Assembly: GCA_010093995.1 (NCBI GenBank)
Contig: ML992521.1
Location: 1-64,000 of the forward strand
Source of the DNA: Elsinoe ampelina
Lineage: Eukaryota
DNA: 64,000 bases
Direction: 5' to 3'
In this document: piece after piece, positions 11,178 to 20,681 of the stretch
How positions within the stretch are numbered: the stretch's first letter is position 1
How the letters are laid out: every line of letters begins with the position of its first letter
The notes under the pieces: model-generated
Databases searched by the model: none
Seen by the model: the letters and a program-made list of their open reading frames with translations, nothing else
Told to the model about the DNA's origin: nothing
Translations under genes and position numbers: made by a program

Positions 11178-13547
11178 CTAAAGCTGAAACCCCGCGACCG
11201 TCGCACAGAAATTACTCCTGTTATCCGCGTCCAGCACATTCCCATTCGGCAGGGTCACCATATTGATCGCGGCCTTTGTGCTCAACGCGTACATGTACAG
11301 ATTACTATTCGTCCCCTCGATCTGCGTCATGTGCTGCTGGCAATTATTCGGGTAGACGCAATCTTGCGAGTAGTTCTCGAAGAAGCTGTACATGCCCGCG
11401 CCGTAGACGTAGACGTTGTTGGAGTTTTGGATGCGGAGGCCGAAGGATTTGACGCATTTGGCTTGGCCCGAGGGGCAGAGGGAGAAGTTGGGGTCGGACC
11501 AGGTGGCGTTGGGGGTGAAGGGGGTGGTGGCGAGGGGGTTGCCTTGGTAGTAGGGTGTTTCGGTTTGGATGAAGCCCATGAAGACGTTGGAGGCCTTTGA
11601 GATTTGGTAGTTGTACAGTGTGTTGTGTTCCGAGCTGGTGCCCCAGAACCAGGAGGGGCCGGTGGATTCGACGAGGAGGCCGCGGCCGTTGTAGATGTCG
11701 ATTTGGTTGTAGGGGCGGATGTCGAGCTCGTGGTCCGAGACCCAGAGCCAGGTGTTTTCGAGGTAGACGCCGGAGGCGGACGGGGTGACGTGGAAGAGGA
11801 GGTAGGAGCCGATGCAGGCCGAGTTGGCGCCGTGGGCGACGGTGGGGTTCTTGGTGCATTGGGTTGATTGAAGGTCGGTGCCGGCGGTACCGCCGATGCG
11901 GAAGTGGACGTCCCAGAGGCCGGAGGCGCCGGGGGTGGATTTGAGATTCCATTGCATCATAATGGCGCCAGGGGCAGGGCCTTTGGTCTCGAACATGAGG
12001 TCTTGCATCTCGACGGAGCCAGACTGGCCTGGTGTGCCGACTTGCCAGAAGGGACGTGGGTTGCGCTGATCGCCGAAGAAGGAGCCGGAAGCGAAGATGA
12101 GAGGCCAGTGCTCGCCGACGATCTTGATATTAGGTGGGACGACAATGGTGGAAGTGATGACATAAGCACCATGGTCGATGTAGAGGATCTGACCACTGGT
12201 GATGGCAGCCATGGCACGCTGGAAGGCGGCGGTGTCATCAGCAACACCATTGCCGACGGCGCCGAAGGATCGGATGGAGATGAAGTTGCCGACGGCGACG
12301 TTCTGGTACTGAGGCTTGGAGCGAGTGAAGAACTTGCCAGAAGAGTCCAAAAGCTGGGCAGACTTGGTAGGAGCAGCGTTGCCGCCTTGGATGCGGCGCC
12401 CGGAAGCTGAGTTGTAGTAGCGTCCCTGTGCCCAGGACTGAATGACACGGTTACCAGCGAGGATCTGTCCGTTGTTGGCATTGACGACAGCGTTGGGTAC
12501 ATTGGTGCTCATATCGACGTTGTCGATGACCAAGCTGCCACCCCCGTTCGGGACAGAGACAGGGTTGAGGGTAAAGGCGGTCTTGATACCGATGGGGGTG
12601 TTGCTGATCTTGGAGTCCATCATGATGACTGAACCTACGGTCTGGTTGGCGGGTCCGTTTGACATGTCAAGACCGATACCGCAGTTGTTGATGGTGACGC
12701 CAGCCATGGTCCAACCCCAGTTCCAGTTCATGAAGATGGCTGTTTGAACGTTGTTGAAGACCAAATTCCTGGTGGTGAATTGCTGGGATCCATAGAAAGC
12801 ACCATACTGGCCACCGTTGAAGGTAAGATCGGACATGAACCCGCCAGACCCGTTGTCCATGAAAATTCCAAGCTGTTTGCTACCAGAACCGGGGATCATG
12901 TTGAAGACAATGTTCTGGAGAGAGGTAGCCTGGGCAACCTGCCAGTGAATGCCGGCACCGGCTGTTTGGGGCATGGCGGTCAGGTCGATGACAAAGTTGC
13001 GAACCTGACGGAAGAAATTGTTCTGGTTAGTGAACCAGTTCACGCCATTGGCGTCGTAGGGGTCGGCATCGATGACGGCCATGCCCTGGAAACTGGCAGC
13101 AGCCTTGATTGTAGGGGGGTTGACAGCGTCTCCGATCAGCTGAGAGTAGTAGTACTGGATGATTGGCCTGCTGACAAGGTAGGTACCAGGCGGGAAGTAG
13201 ACGATGGCTGGAGTGACGGTAGTAGAGTCACATCCCTGTCCGCAACGACTCCCAGAAGAAATGGCAGCGTTGATGGCATCGGTGGAGTCTCTGGCGCCAG
13301 TAGGATCGGCGCCGAAATCGGCGACGACATTGCGATAGAGCTTGTAGCCAGAAGGAGCGTAGTTTGTGAGAGCTTGACGTTTGATGTTGGCCAGCCAGTA
13401 GCTGGAGGATTGACGTGCTACCAGGTCTGACTTCTTGACATGGACAGCAGCGTCCGGCGCGGCGTGTGCGAGAGGGGAAGCAATGACAGTAGACACCAAG
13501 AGGGAGGCGACCAGCGCAAGCAGGGATGTACCCTTGAATGCAACCAT
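11178..13547 (-). CDS. Secreted GH55 exo-beta-1,3-glucanase
   Basis: Signal peptide MVAFKGTSLLALVASLLVSTVIASP, two pectate-lyase-like beta-helix modules (YRNVVADFGA.. and FGAVGNGVADDT), and motifs NQNNFFRQVRN, GIHWQVAQATSLQN and QTETPYYQ. Confidence 0.93.
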   Translation of the reverse strand: MVAFKGTSLLALVASLLVSTVIASPLAHAAPDAAVHVKKSDLVARQSSSYWLANIKRQALTNYAPSGYKLYRNVVADFGADPTGARDSTDAINAAISSGSRCGQGCDSTTVTPAIVYFPPGTYLVSRPIIQYYYSQLIGDAVNPPTIKAAASFQGMAVIDADPYDANGVNWFTNQNNFFRQVRNFVIDLTAMPQTAGAGIHWQVAQATSLQNIVFNMIPGSGSKQLGIFMDNGSGGFMSDLTFNGGQYGAFYGSQQFTTRNLVFNNVQTAIFMNWNWGWTMAGVTINNCGIGLDMSNGPANQTVGSVIMMDSKISNTPIGIKTAFTLNPVSVPNGGGSLVIDNVDMSTNVPNAVVNANNGQILAGNRVIQSWAQGRYYNSASGRRIQGGNAAPTKSAQLLDSSGKFFTRSKPQYQNVAVGNFISIRSFGAVGNGVADDTAAFQRAMAAITSGQILYIDHGAYVITSTIVVPPNIKIVGEHWPLIFASGSFFGDQRNPRPFWQVGTPGQSGSVEMQDLMFETKGPAPGAIMMQWNLKSTPGASGLWDVHFRIGGTAGTDLQSTQCTKNPTVAHGANSACIGSYLLFHVTPSASGVYLENTWLWVSDHELDIRPYNQIDIYNGRGLLVESTGPSWFWGTSSEHNTLYNYQISKASNVFMGFIQTETPYYQGNPLATTPFTPNATWSDPNFSLCPSGQAKCVKSFGLRIQNSNNVYVYGAGMYSFFENYSQDCVYPNNCQQHMTQIEGTNSNLYMYALSTKAAINMVTLPNGNVLDADNRSNFCATVAGFQL

Positions 13548-13572
13548 GTTTCTGGTAGTGCAAGTTGCAGAG

Positions 13573-13771
13573 CTGAAGAGAGCAACGTCAGTGGATGCGA
13601 ACAGAAAGAGTGTGAGTTGCTGCGAATGAATGTAAAAGGTCGAAAACGAATGATTGTTAAGGAGCGACAATTGAATGAGTGACTGAAGCAGAGGGGGTAC
13701 ACGAGGTTGGGAGGAATGCGAAGGGGGTAGGACAGGATTTGTACGATGGTTGGAGGAGGTGGACCACTCAC
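13573..13771 (-). other. Probable 5'-UTR intron of the GH55 gene
   Basis: Minus-strand GTGAGT donor at 13771, CTGAC branch plus polypyrimidine tract and CAG ending at 13573, about 25 nt before the ATG. TATAAA lies at 13900-13905 on the minus strand. Confidence 0.55.
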
Positions 13772-15955
13772 GCTGAATGTCTGGTTGCTGTCGTGGCAAG
13801 GTGTGGTATCAGTCGGGCCAGATGCGCAGGGAATGCGTTTCAGATGCTCGTGGAGCTGCAGCTGATGGTATGCAGTATTGGTCGGCGACCATTGCGGCCT
13901 TTATACAAGCGAGACATTCATTATACCCCTCACCTCTTCTCCCACCCCATCTCACCGTCTGTACCTCTACGCTCGGTCATCAAGCCATACCAACATCGCG
14001 TAGATGACCTTGTGATCAATCCGCGGACAGCTCATGGTGAAGCCATTTTGGCAAACGCAGACTACGATGGCAAAAGCTTGTGACGTGGTAGTTGCGCCGC
14101 GCTAGATGATGAGACGGCGTATTCGCAAGCGCATGACGGGAGGAACAGCTCCATACTAAGGAAGCCCGTCCCTTGACAGAATTGATCATTTTCTTCCAAT
14201 GTTACGTGAAGAAGCGTGATGCCGCGTGAAAGGTTGGAAAATGCAGTGCTAGGAGATGCGGGACGCGCTGTGATTGGTCGATGACGAATCGACGTTTGGC
14301 GGCTAGTCCTTCCACCGGCAAAGGCAAGATGGTCAAGGGGACGGGCAATGAAACACTTTTTCCCTGAATGTGCTCAGATGTCTGTTTCTACTGGCCAGTA
14401 CTGTCATTTCGCATCACCCACACCACCCTCACGGGCCTTGACTTGGTCACCCATGCACAGAACAGCTGCCGCAGTCTCCGCAGACTCCGAGCACTTGGGG
14501 ACCCAGCACGAACACGATCGACGAAGCTAGCAAGGCGATCCAGACAAATCCCCCACTCTTCCGCCGGCGCGCCCTTTGCTCGCCCACTTTTCCATCGCAA
14601 TAATCCATGGAAGTGTTCCTGACTATCAAATTGGCCCCTTCTACCAGATTCTTGTCGCTGACGACTCCCGCCCAGTCAGGAGGAGCCTGCCAGAGGTAAG
14701 ATGCGCGTCCAAGGGGCTCTTCACAAGCTGCGGCTCGCGACTGTTTCGAACGCGACCAGAAAAGATCACTGCAGATCCCTTCTGCTGCTCCAGTGGACAT
14801 CGCCATGTGCCCCGGTCAGGCGGCGACCTCTACTCCAGACTCCAGACTACCACCAGTCACTCCGTCATTAGGACCTGACACTGGCATATGCTCGCTAATG
14901 CAGGTTCACAAACCTTGACCACCTCAAGAATCTCTTGGCCTCAGGCTTTTTGGACAAAATGGTGCGGGGTTTGAGGGTCACGCTGCAAGCGATCCTTCTA
15001 GCGCTTCTAGAAGGACACCAGTCTCTGCTTGGCCCTATACTAGTCGCCTCCTCAAATTTCCTACAGCTTCACTTGCTCCAACATAGCGCTAGAATTTCGG
15101 TCGACTACTTTTGCACCATCACGCGACCACTGCCACCATGTAACCTTGCCCGCAGCCAGCACAATTTCCTACCAGCCGTCCACTCGATTTTTGCCACTAA
15201 GCGAGTCTGACCGCTTCATTGACAATCGACATGACAGCCACCTCGATCATCGCTTCCTTGCCCTTTCTCTTGGATCCTCTAGTGCATTCAGTATCTGGTA
15301 TTCAATCTATCACTCTTCATGGTGGCTTGCTCAAACCATGCACCGAAGTCTTCCAGAAGCTCGCTAGAAGGATTGCACGGCGCTAGAAAAGCTTGCGAAG
15401 CACCACCCTCCACCCACATCAGCCCTAGAAACGCCAGCTTCGCGAGACTATCATCTCCACGATCGCTTGGTAGTATAAGATCGGTCGGGAAACGGCTCAT
15501 AGGCCAAGCCGGTGATGCAACTTGCAAGGACCGTGCTGACGGCGTTATCAGTCTTCACCTTTCGACACGGACCTCATGCTGCAAAGAGAGTCCCCAATGG
15601 ACTCAGCTGGGGATGCATACTGGGGTGCATGACCGCTCCCACATCCCACGGCTCCCCCAGACTTCTCCAGACGCCTCGTGTGAGAAAATGTACGTCGTCC
15701 ATAAGTGTACTATTGGAGGGCTCGAGGTCATTGGTAAGCGGGTCGTGATTGAGAAGACACTTGATTTCATGCTGGGTATTATCGACCGTTACCGTAGCTA
15801 CTGCTTGCTATCCATGCTGCATGTTTCTGTTCCGTAACGCCTTGCTATTGTTAACATTCCTTTCTTCCCTTTAGCAATCTCATGACCAAGACCTCTTGGT
15901 CTGCGCGTCCCAATAGCCAAAGCGCTCGAATTCCTCATGTATCCCCTCAGCCACC

Positions 15956-17737
15956 TCAGGACCCGACAACAGGCACCTTCGACCCCTCCAACACCTCACT
16001 CGTCAGCCTCTGCAACATGGCCAAGTCGACCCCCTTGCCTTCCCTACTGAACCCCATCTCGTCCATCACACCCTTTGTCACCCACCCAAGCTTCGCGAGC
16101 CACTGGAACACCCACTCAGGCTTCTTACGCCTCATGAATGGCAAGTGGATGATGAGACTCTTGACTGGCCTTCTCGGTCCAAGCTCTGTGTCTGGTGCAA
16201 TCTCGACGCCAGCAGGAGGATCACGCGGCACCTCCCTATCCAGCAGGTGAAGTATAGTCTTCATCAAAGCGGTACCGACGCCTTTCTTGGTGTGATGAGG
16301 TGAGACATAGACTTCGACTTCGCAGGTATAGCGGTACATGCCGCGTGGGTCGTTGTAGTCATCCGCGTAGACCATGCCGACGACGGTTGAGGTGCGGGCT
16401 CGGACAGCGACTAGGAATGGAAAAGAGGCATCTTGAATGGTATGCAGACGGCGTGTCATGGAGGAAATGCTCGTTGGACCGGCGTCAGGGACGCAGACGC
16501 TGTTGAGGACGTGATGATTGTAGATAGAGGTGAGTTGTCCAATGTCCTGGTCAGTCGCGGGACGGATGACAATGTCGATGGGGGGCTTGGTGGAGACCCA
16601 CGGCTCGGGTGTAGCATTCGCCGGTGCAAGTCTTGTTGATGACGTTTCCAAGGTGTCTGGATGCGGCTTGACTGATAGAGGTGGTGAAGGAGGTGCCGCT
16701 CCAGGCTTCATCTGTCCTGTGATGGGCAGTGAAGGGAAATCTGCCTCCCAAGTGGTCGTATTCTGTGCAGGGTTGAAAGTAGGCTCTTCTTGCGGCTTCT
16801 TGTCCCAGGAGAGGCCCGGACGATGACGCTCCTCACGTGCATTGTCCCGACACTGATTGCGTCCCTGCTTGCGCTTGCCTTTGTATTTCTTACTGGCGAG
16901 GTACCTTTTCGCATGAGATTCGGAGCCATGGTCGTTCTCACGTGCGTCTTTTTCAGAAAGAGTCTCGCTATTGGGGTCGATCCGAAGCTTGAGGTTGTCA
17001 CATTCGTCGACGACTGCTGGCATGTAATAAGCACCGGGCGAACAGTAGTAGCGCCAAAACGGTTGCCTCGTTCCGAGAGCGAGAGTGTGGTCGTCTTCAG
17101 TCGCATCTGGTGGCGCAGTGCGGAAGTACTCCCAGAATGAATCAGCGTTCAAGTTGTTCTCGACAGACTCGGGTTTCCAGTATCTTGGAGCAATGTCGCC
17201 CATCATCATGATCTCGGCATTGCCTGTCTTCGTACGTGATGTGCTTTTGCCATTGATAGTGCTCGAGGTGGTGAAGACGGCAAGTATCTCTTTCCCCTTC
17301 ATTGCGAAGCCGTGCTCGAGGGGCATTGGATACAGCTCATCTTTGAGAGCCTCGATGCATCCCTTGTTCCAGGTATGGATGTATGCCTCGGAGATATCAT
17401 AGGAGCGACGACCTTCCCAGTCGACTGGTGCTGGAGCCCAATTTCCATTCCAGTCCACCAAGCCATCACAGCCCTCCGGAACATTGACAGGTGCCCATGC
17501 TGGCCCTTCCCACTTGTGGCTGTTTGCTTCCATGTTCCAGGCAGAATCCCATTCATTAGTGGGTTGTGGAGGCATCGCTGGTTTTTGCTCTACAGGGTGG
17601 CGACGGTTGTTGTAGAAGTTGTTGTTGCGATTGTTCTGAGGATGACGGATTGGATTAGGAGATTGACGTCGTGCAGCTGGCCGAGGTCTCAGTCCTCGAG
17701 GCGCATTGACAGCACGGGACCATTGTTGATTCTGCAT
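15956..17737 (-). CDS. GNAT-family acetyltransferase with long low-complexity N-terminus
   Basis: C-terminal GNAT domain (IRPATDQDIGQLTSIYNHHV, FPFLVAV, EVYVSPHHTKKGVGTALM) resembling the Pat/YncA type. The first ATG is at 17737. Confidence 0.8.
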   Translation of the reverse strand: MQNQQWSRAVNAPRGLRPRPAARRQSPNPIRHPQNNRNNNFYNNRRHPVEQKPAMPPQPTNEWDSAWNMEANSHKWEGPAWAPVNVPEGCDGLVDWNGNWAPAPVDWEGRRSYDISEAYIHTWNKGCIEALKDELYPMPLEHGFAMKGKEILAVFTTSSTINGKSTSRTKTGNAEIMMMGDIAPRYWKPESVENNLNADSFWEYFRTAPPDATEDDHTLALGTRQPFWRYYCSPGAYYMPAVVDECDNLKLRIDPNSETLSEKDARENDHGSESHAKRYLASKKYKGKRKQGRNQCRDNAREERHRPGLSWDKKPQEEPTFNPAQNTTTWEADFPSLPITGQMKPGAAPPSPPLSVKPHPDTLETSSTRLAPANATPEPWVSTKPPIDIVIRPATDQDIGQLTSIYNHHVLNSVCVPDAGPTSISSMTRRLHTIQDASFPFLVAVRARTSTVVGMVYADDYNDPRGMYRYTCEVEVYVSPHHTKKGVGTALMKTILHLLDREVPRDPPAGVEIAPDTELGPRRPVKSLIIHLPFMRRKKPEWVFQWLAKLGWVTKGVMDEMGFSREGKGVDLAMLQRLTSEVLEGSKVPVVGS

Positions 17738-18127
17738 CGTGACTGATGGTGAAGTGAAGCAGTCGACGTGGCAGTGATGACGGAGGAGGCTGATGGTGAG
17801 AGATTGGTGAAGTGATTCAGCCGCGCGGCAACAATAAGAAGGCGACAATAGGATGCCGATGACTCGAGCGAGGAGTTGAAATAGGGTAGGAGATCTGTCA
17901 TGTCAGGCAGCAACGAGCAGAGATTTCATGAGTCTGTGAGAGTTATGGAGTATAAGCCTGTTTCGCAAAGCTTTGTGCTACCGAAATGGGGAGGCTCTGC
18001 AGCTTCCCGCCGGCAAGGAGTGCACAAGCCCAAGGCACGTGACCGTAAAGAAGGAAATTCAGGCTCGAGAACACCGCTACCTGGACTTGACCTGTAATTA
18101 ACTCGAATTGAATAAATCCCGATCGCA

Positions 18128-18932
18128 ATGTTGTCAGTTTTGCGGAAAGCGCGGTTAAAGGATAAGGAGATGAGGATCCTGATGCTGTGAGTCTCGAGGA
18201 GGCGAATGTGAGGTTGAAGTTGGAGCTGACAATGGGCAGCGGGCTGGATAGTGCAGGCAAGACAACGATTGTCAAGAAGATCATGGGAGAAGATGTCTAC
18301 AGCGTATCGCCGACGCTGGGTTTTATCATCAAGACGATCGAGTATGATGGGTAGGTGCACATCATTCCATTCTGCGTCAAAGGAACTGATGAGCGCCACA
18401 GCTACAAACTCAACATCTGTCGGTATTGTAGCCATGGACTCTGTGCTCTTGACTGATCGTCGATAGGGGATGTCGGTGGCCAGAAGACACTTCGAACGTA
18501 TTGGAAGAACTACTTTGAGAAGACAGACACTCTTATCTGGGTCGTGGACTCGACAGACAGGGAGCGGATACAGGACTGTCGGAACGAATTGAAAGGCCTG
18601 TTGCTGCAGGAGGTCTGTCTGGCAGCGCTTTCGTTTGAATGACATCGGCTGATATCGGTAAGCGTCTCATGGGCGCCAGTCTCCTAGTATTCAAGAACAA
18701 AAGTGATATCACTGGTGGGATGAGTGAGGCAGAAATCATTGAGGTGATGGATTTTCATGCCGACGTCCTCAAGCGTTCTAGCGAGACTAACAATATGCAG
18801 GCATTGGGACTCGACTCGATCAAAACACATCGTTGGAAAATCATGACTTGCAGTGCCATCACTGGTATGAATCTCACTGCCGGCTTGGATTGGGTGGTGC
18901 AAGATGCCAAAGACCGACTCTTTCTTTACTGA
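18128..18932 (+). CDS. ARL2: ARF-like GTPase Arl2 (Cin4/Alp41); introns 18187-18239, 18351-18401, 18419-18466, 18613-18662, 18744-18800
   Basis: The spliced product reads [67 protein letters not shown]. Confidence 0.93.
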
Positions 18933-19045
18933 TACCCAGATTGGAAGTTCCTCATACAGCTGGTATGGACATGAAGGCTCTGATCTGTTTTACATCACGA
19001 ATGCATGATAGCTCGGTGTCGCAAATGTTCTCTATCGGGTATCGT

Positions 19046-19993
19046 TCATTCCTCGTCACTGCTGACTTCTTCACCGGCTTCTCTCGCTTGCTCCTTTAAT
19101 CGCTTCTCCCTTTCCCGCTTCTTGTCCAACAACTTTCTCAGATTCTTTGCAACATTGAATGTGCCACCTGTGTCTGTTCCACACGCAGCGCATCCTTTGC
19201 CACCTTTTGACTTGTGCCGTTTGAGAGCACAAGCCTCGCAAAAGTAATGTTTGCATTTGGTCACGACCGGACTCTTGTACGGCTCCCGGCAGATGATACA
19301 CGCAAACGGGATATTGTCCAGCATGCTCTCTTCGTCTTCCTCGTCGCCAGCCTTGCCATTCTTGTTCGCGCCGCCCACCACAGTGCCTTCCAACTTCTTG
19401 CCCTTTGTGACACTCTCCCACTCCTTGTCCAGCTGCCATCCTTGTTTGTAGTCTTCTCGAGCGTGTAGGAACTTGCATGAATCTCCAAAACCGCAGAAGC
19501 CCGTTTGTTTGTAGTCCTTGCAGACATCGGGTGCAAAATCGGTAACGGTGATGGTCCGGATATTCGTGGCAGCCTTGACGGGTCCTGCTAGCTTCTGGGG
19601 CGCGTTCGGATTCTTCTCGATGTAAGACTGGTAATTGCTAGCGCCTTTGTACGTGCCCCGGTCGTCATCTGTCGCATCCTTGGTGCCCGTCGTCTTTGGT
19701 CCGTCAAGCTCTTGCCAGTGAGCAGTTCGAGTGGCATCATCCTGATCTTTAATTGTGGCAGACCGATCACCGGCAAAGGCAGAGCTCTTGCTTAGATCTC
19801 CAGTACTCCTGCTGGTAGCAGCAGTGACCTTGACACCACCAACTTTCCGCCTCTTTACCCTGACACCATTCTCTTCCTCGCTTGAGAAGTCTGGATCTGT
19901 AGCTGAATCTGGTGGAGGAGTTGCGGGGCGTTTCCGGGCAGCGGCACTCTTTCCGGCGCGCTTCTTGAATAAAACGGGAGCAACGTCGGTCAT
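19046..19993 (-). CDS. CWC24: Pre-mRNA splicing factor Cwc24 (RNF113)
   Basis: CCCH finger DVCKDYKQTGFCGFGDSCKFLH followed by RING IPFACIIC..CKHYFCEAC..CAAC. Confidence 0.95.
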   Translation of the reverse strand: MTDVAPVLFKKRAGKSAAARKRPATPPPDSATDPDFSSEEENGVRVKRRKVGGVKVTAATSRSTGDLSKSSAFAGDRSATIKDQDDATRTAHWQELDGPKTTGTKDATDDDRGTYKGASNYQSYIEKNPNAPQKLAGPVKAATNIRTITVTDFAPDVCKDYKQTGFCGFGDSCKFLHAREDYKQGWQLDKEWESVTKGKKLEGTVVGGANKNGKAGDEEDEESMLDNIPFACIICREPYKSPVVTKCKHYFCEACALKRHKSKGGKGCAACGTDTGGTFNVAKNLRKLLDKKREREKRLKEQAREAGEEVSSDEE

Positions 19994-20681
19994 GTTGGTG
20001 AGGATATATGTTGAGTGGCAGCAGTTGGAGTGAAGCGTACTCAAGTTTGGGAATCTTTAAGGATGACTAAGCTCGAGCTTTGAAATCGCGACTGCGTCAC
20101 TTCCGTCCAATGAGAAGCTTTGACAATCACGCACCCTGGTAGTTTCGAAGATGCTTCCTTGCGTGACTATCCATCGGAGCCCTTGACGAATACTGTACGC
20201 ATGATGAGATCGTTGGCTACTTGCCTTGCTAGAAGACCTCCTTTGGCTGTTCTAATCGAGTAGCATGACAATTAGCAAGCATGAAGATGCACAAAGTGCT
20301 TGTCGCGTCCAAAACATCTCGATGTGCCCCGTGCGTTATTCTGGCGTGGATCTCCTTTAGTCACTTTTTAGTGTGTTGATCGGCCCAAAACAATTCGGTG
20401 CTGGCAAATGTGCCATCAGTCGCCCGTCATACCAATCAACTAGGATATTTGCGAATTGCTTCACACAATCCTGTGATTGCGAAACCTAATGCATAATAAA
20501 GCTTACGGCGCCTTCGTCTTCTAGGTGTCATCGCGCGACCACTTTCGGACTTGGGCATCTTTGTCCCGCACACCATTCCCGGCGGCTCTGACTCTCGGCG
20601 CGTTGAAGCCACAACTCGATAGAACGTACCACACCTACCACCTTCGCGAGGATCTCGTCTTTCACGTCTACCACTGCACAT

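Noticed and set aside
13548..13799. N-terminal extension of the GH55 ORF to 13799
   Set aside because: It begins at a non-ATG codon and spans a probable 5'-UTR intron. The signal peptide starts at ATG 13547.
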